A DNA stretch of 64,000 nucleotides, from contig CAVYZN010000006.1 of assembly GCA_963773065.1 (NCBI GenBank), positions 160,001-224,000 on the forward strand. The letters are read 5' to 3'. The notes below the pieces were generated by a model. That model did not search any database. It was not told the origin of the DNA and was given only the letters and a program-made list of their open reading frames with translations. The translations under genes and the position numbers were made by a program. Shown in pieces: positions 63,154 through 64,000 of the stretch. Position 1 is the stretch's first letter; the number at the start of each line of letters is the position of its first letter. Origin of the DNA: an uncultured Gammaproteobacteria bacterium (GTDB taxonomy: Bacteria > Pseudomonadota > Gammaproteobacteria > UBA9214).

Positions 63154-63645
63154 TCAATGATCCTTATCGACCTTGCGCGACGTTGCGGCGGCCGTGGAAA
63201 CAAAGGTCTTGAGCAGGTCTTGCTGCATGTCCCTCCACAGCGCCAGGTTCCGCTCCGCCATTTCTTGCCATACCGAGGACGGGGCGGCCTGCAGCAGGCT
63301 CTCCATCTGATTCTGCAGGACCTGCTGCTGCTTGATGAAGAAATCCATGCTCTTTTCGAGATAGGCGCCCACGAACGCCTGCAGGTTATCGCCGTAGTAG
63401 CGGATCAGTTGTTCGAGCAGGCGTGTACTGAGTATCGGCTGCCCCTTTTCCTCCTGTTCGACGATGATCTGCAGCAGGATGCTGCGCGTGATATCGGCGC
63501 CGCCCTGCGCGTCGACGACGCGAAAATGCCTGCCGTCCATCACCAGTTGCCGGATATCCTCCAGCGCCACATAGCGGCTCTGCGCCGTGTCGTAGAGACG
63601 GCGATTCGCGTATTTCTTGATTACCCGCTCTTCCTCCACGGTCAC
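63154..63645 (-). CDS. phaR: PHA synthesis repressor
   Basis: IKKYANRRLYDT, DITRSILLQII, LIRYYG. Confidence 0.95.
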   Translation of the reverse strand: MTVEEERVIKKYANRRLYDTAQSRYVALEDIRQLVMDGRHFRVVDAQGGADITRSILLQIIVEQEEKGQPILSTRLLEQLIRYYGDNLQAFVGAYLEKSMDFFIKQQQVLQNQMESLLQAAPSSVWQEMAERNLALWRDMQQDLLKTFVSTAAATSRKVDKDH

Positions 63646-63666
63646 CGTCCGGCACGCGCGCGTCCG

Positions 63667-64000
63667 TCAGCTCATGTAGTGGCCGCCGTTCACCGGAATA
63701 TTGGCCCCGGTGATGAAGTCCGAATCCTCCGCCGCCAGAAAGACCACGACACGGGCGATGTCGGCCGGCCGGCCAAGCCGCGCCCTCGGTATCTGGGCGA
63801 TGATCTGCTTGCGCACTTCCTCCGGCACGGCGTTGACCATCGGGGACTCGATATACCCCGGTGAGACGGTGTTGGCCGTCACGCCCTTGCGCGCCCCTTC
63901 CTGCGCCAGCGACATGGTAAAACCGTGGATGCCCGCCTTGGAGGCGGCGTAATTGCTCTGGCCGAACTGGCCTTTCTGGCCATTGATCGACGAGATGCTG
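63667..64000 (-). CDS. phaB: Acetoacetyl-CoA reductase, 3' part (partial)
   Basis: SSINGQKGQFGQSNYAASKAGIHGFTMSLAQE...NGG; upstream of phaR. Confidence 0.9.
   Translation of the reverse strand, partial: SISSINGQKGQFGQSNYAASKAGIHGFTMSLAQEGARKGVTANTVSPGYIESPMVNAVPEEVRKQIIAQIPRARLGRPADIARVVVFLAAEDSDFITGANIPVNGGHYMS

Noticed and set aside
1-64000. CRISPR array, tRNA or rRNA genes
   Set aside because: No regularly spaced direct repeats with unique spacers and no tRNA- or rRNA-like sequence seen; the repeats present are palindromic or heptameric.

Overview
A 64-kb, GC-rich chromosomal window from a gammaproteobacterium, probably a sulfur oxidiser (DsrL present). Many single-base frameshifts in core genes look like long-read errors. 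The core backbone is gltB, dgt, aroB-aroK, pilMNOPQ, mrcA, mdh, rpmE, ppsA, glgP, rph-rdgB-hemW, a PAS kinase/response regulator/PP2C/STAS module, putA, a MacAB-TolC-like exporter, glgXB, pat and phaR-phaB. Three accessory patches stand out. (i) A type III-like restriction-modification locus (16.4-22.2 kb) with a VapBC-type pair between res and mod and a REP doublet inside the mod reading frame. (ii) A 1.62-kb single-gene element (23444-25066) bounded by TAAG direct repeats, with a left-end hairpin and no obvious terminal inverted repeats; its ~514-aa protein has Rep_trans-like motifs and a C-terminal winged helix. This is the best candidate for an unclassified, possibly rolling-circle, transposon. 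(iii) An integron cassette cluster with no integrase in the window (45.8-47.6 kb): a TA pair, a putative HEPN gene and a DUF559-like nuclease, with both outer attC sites cut by the same miniature palindromic element. All calls come from reading motifs by eye; no searches were run.
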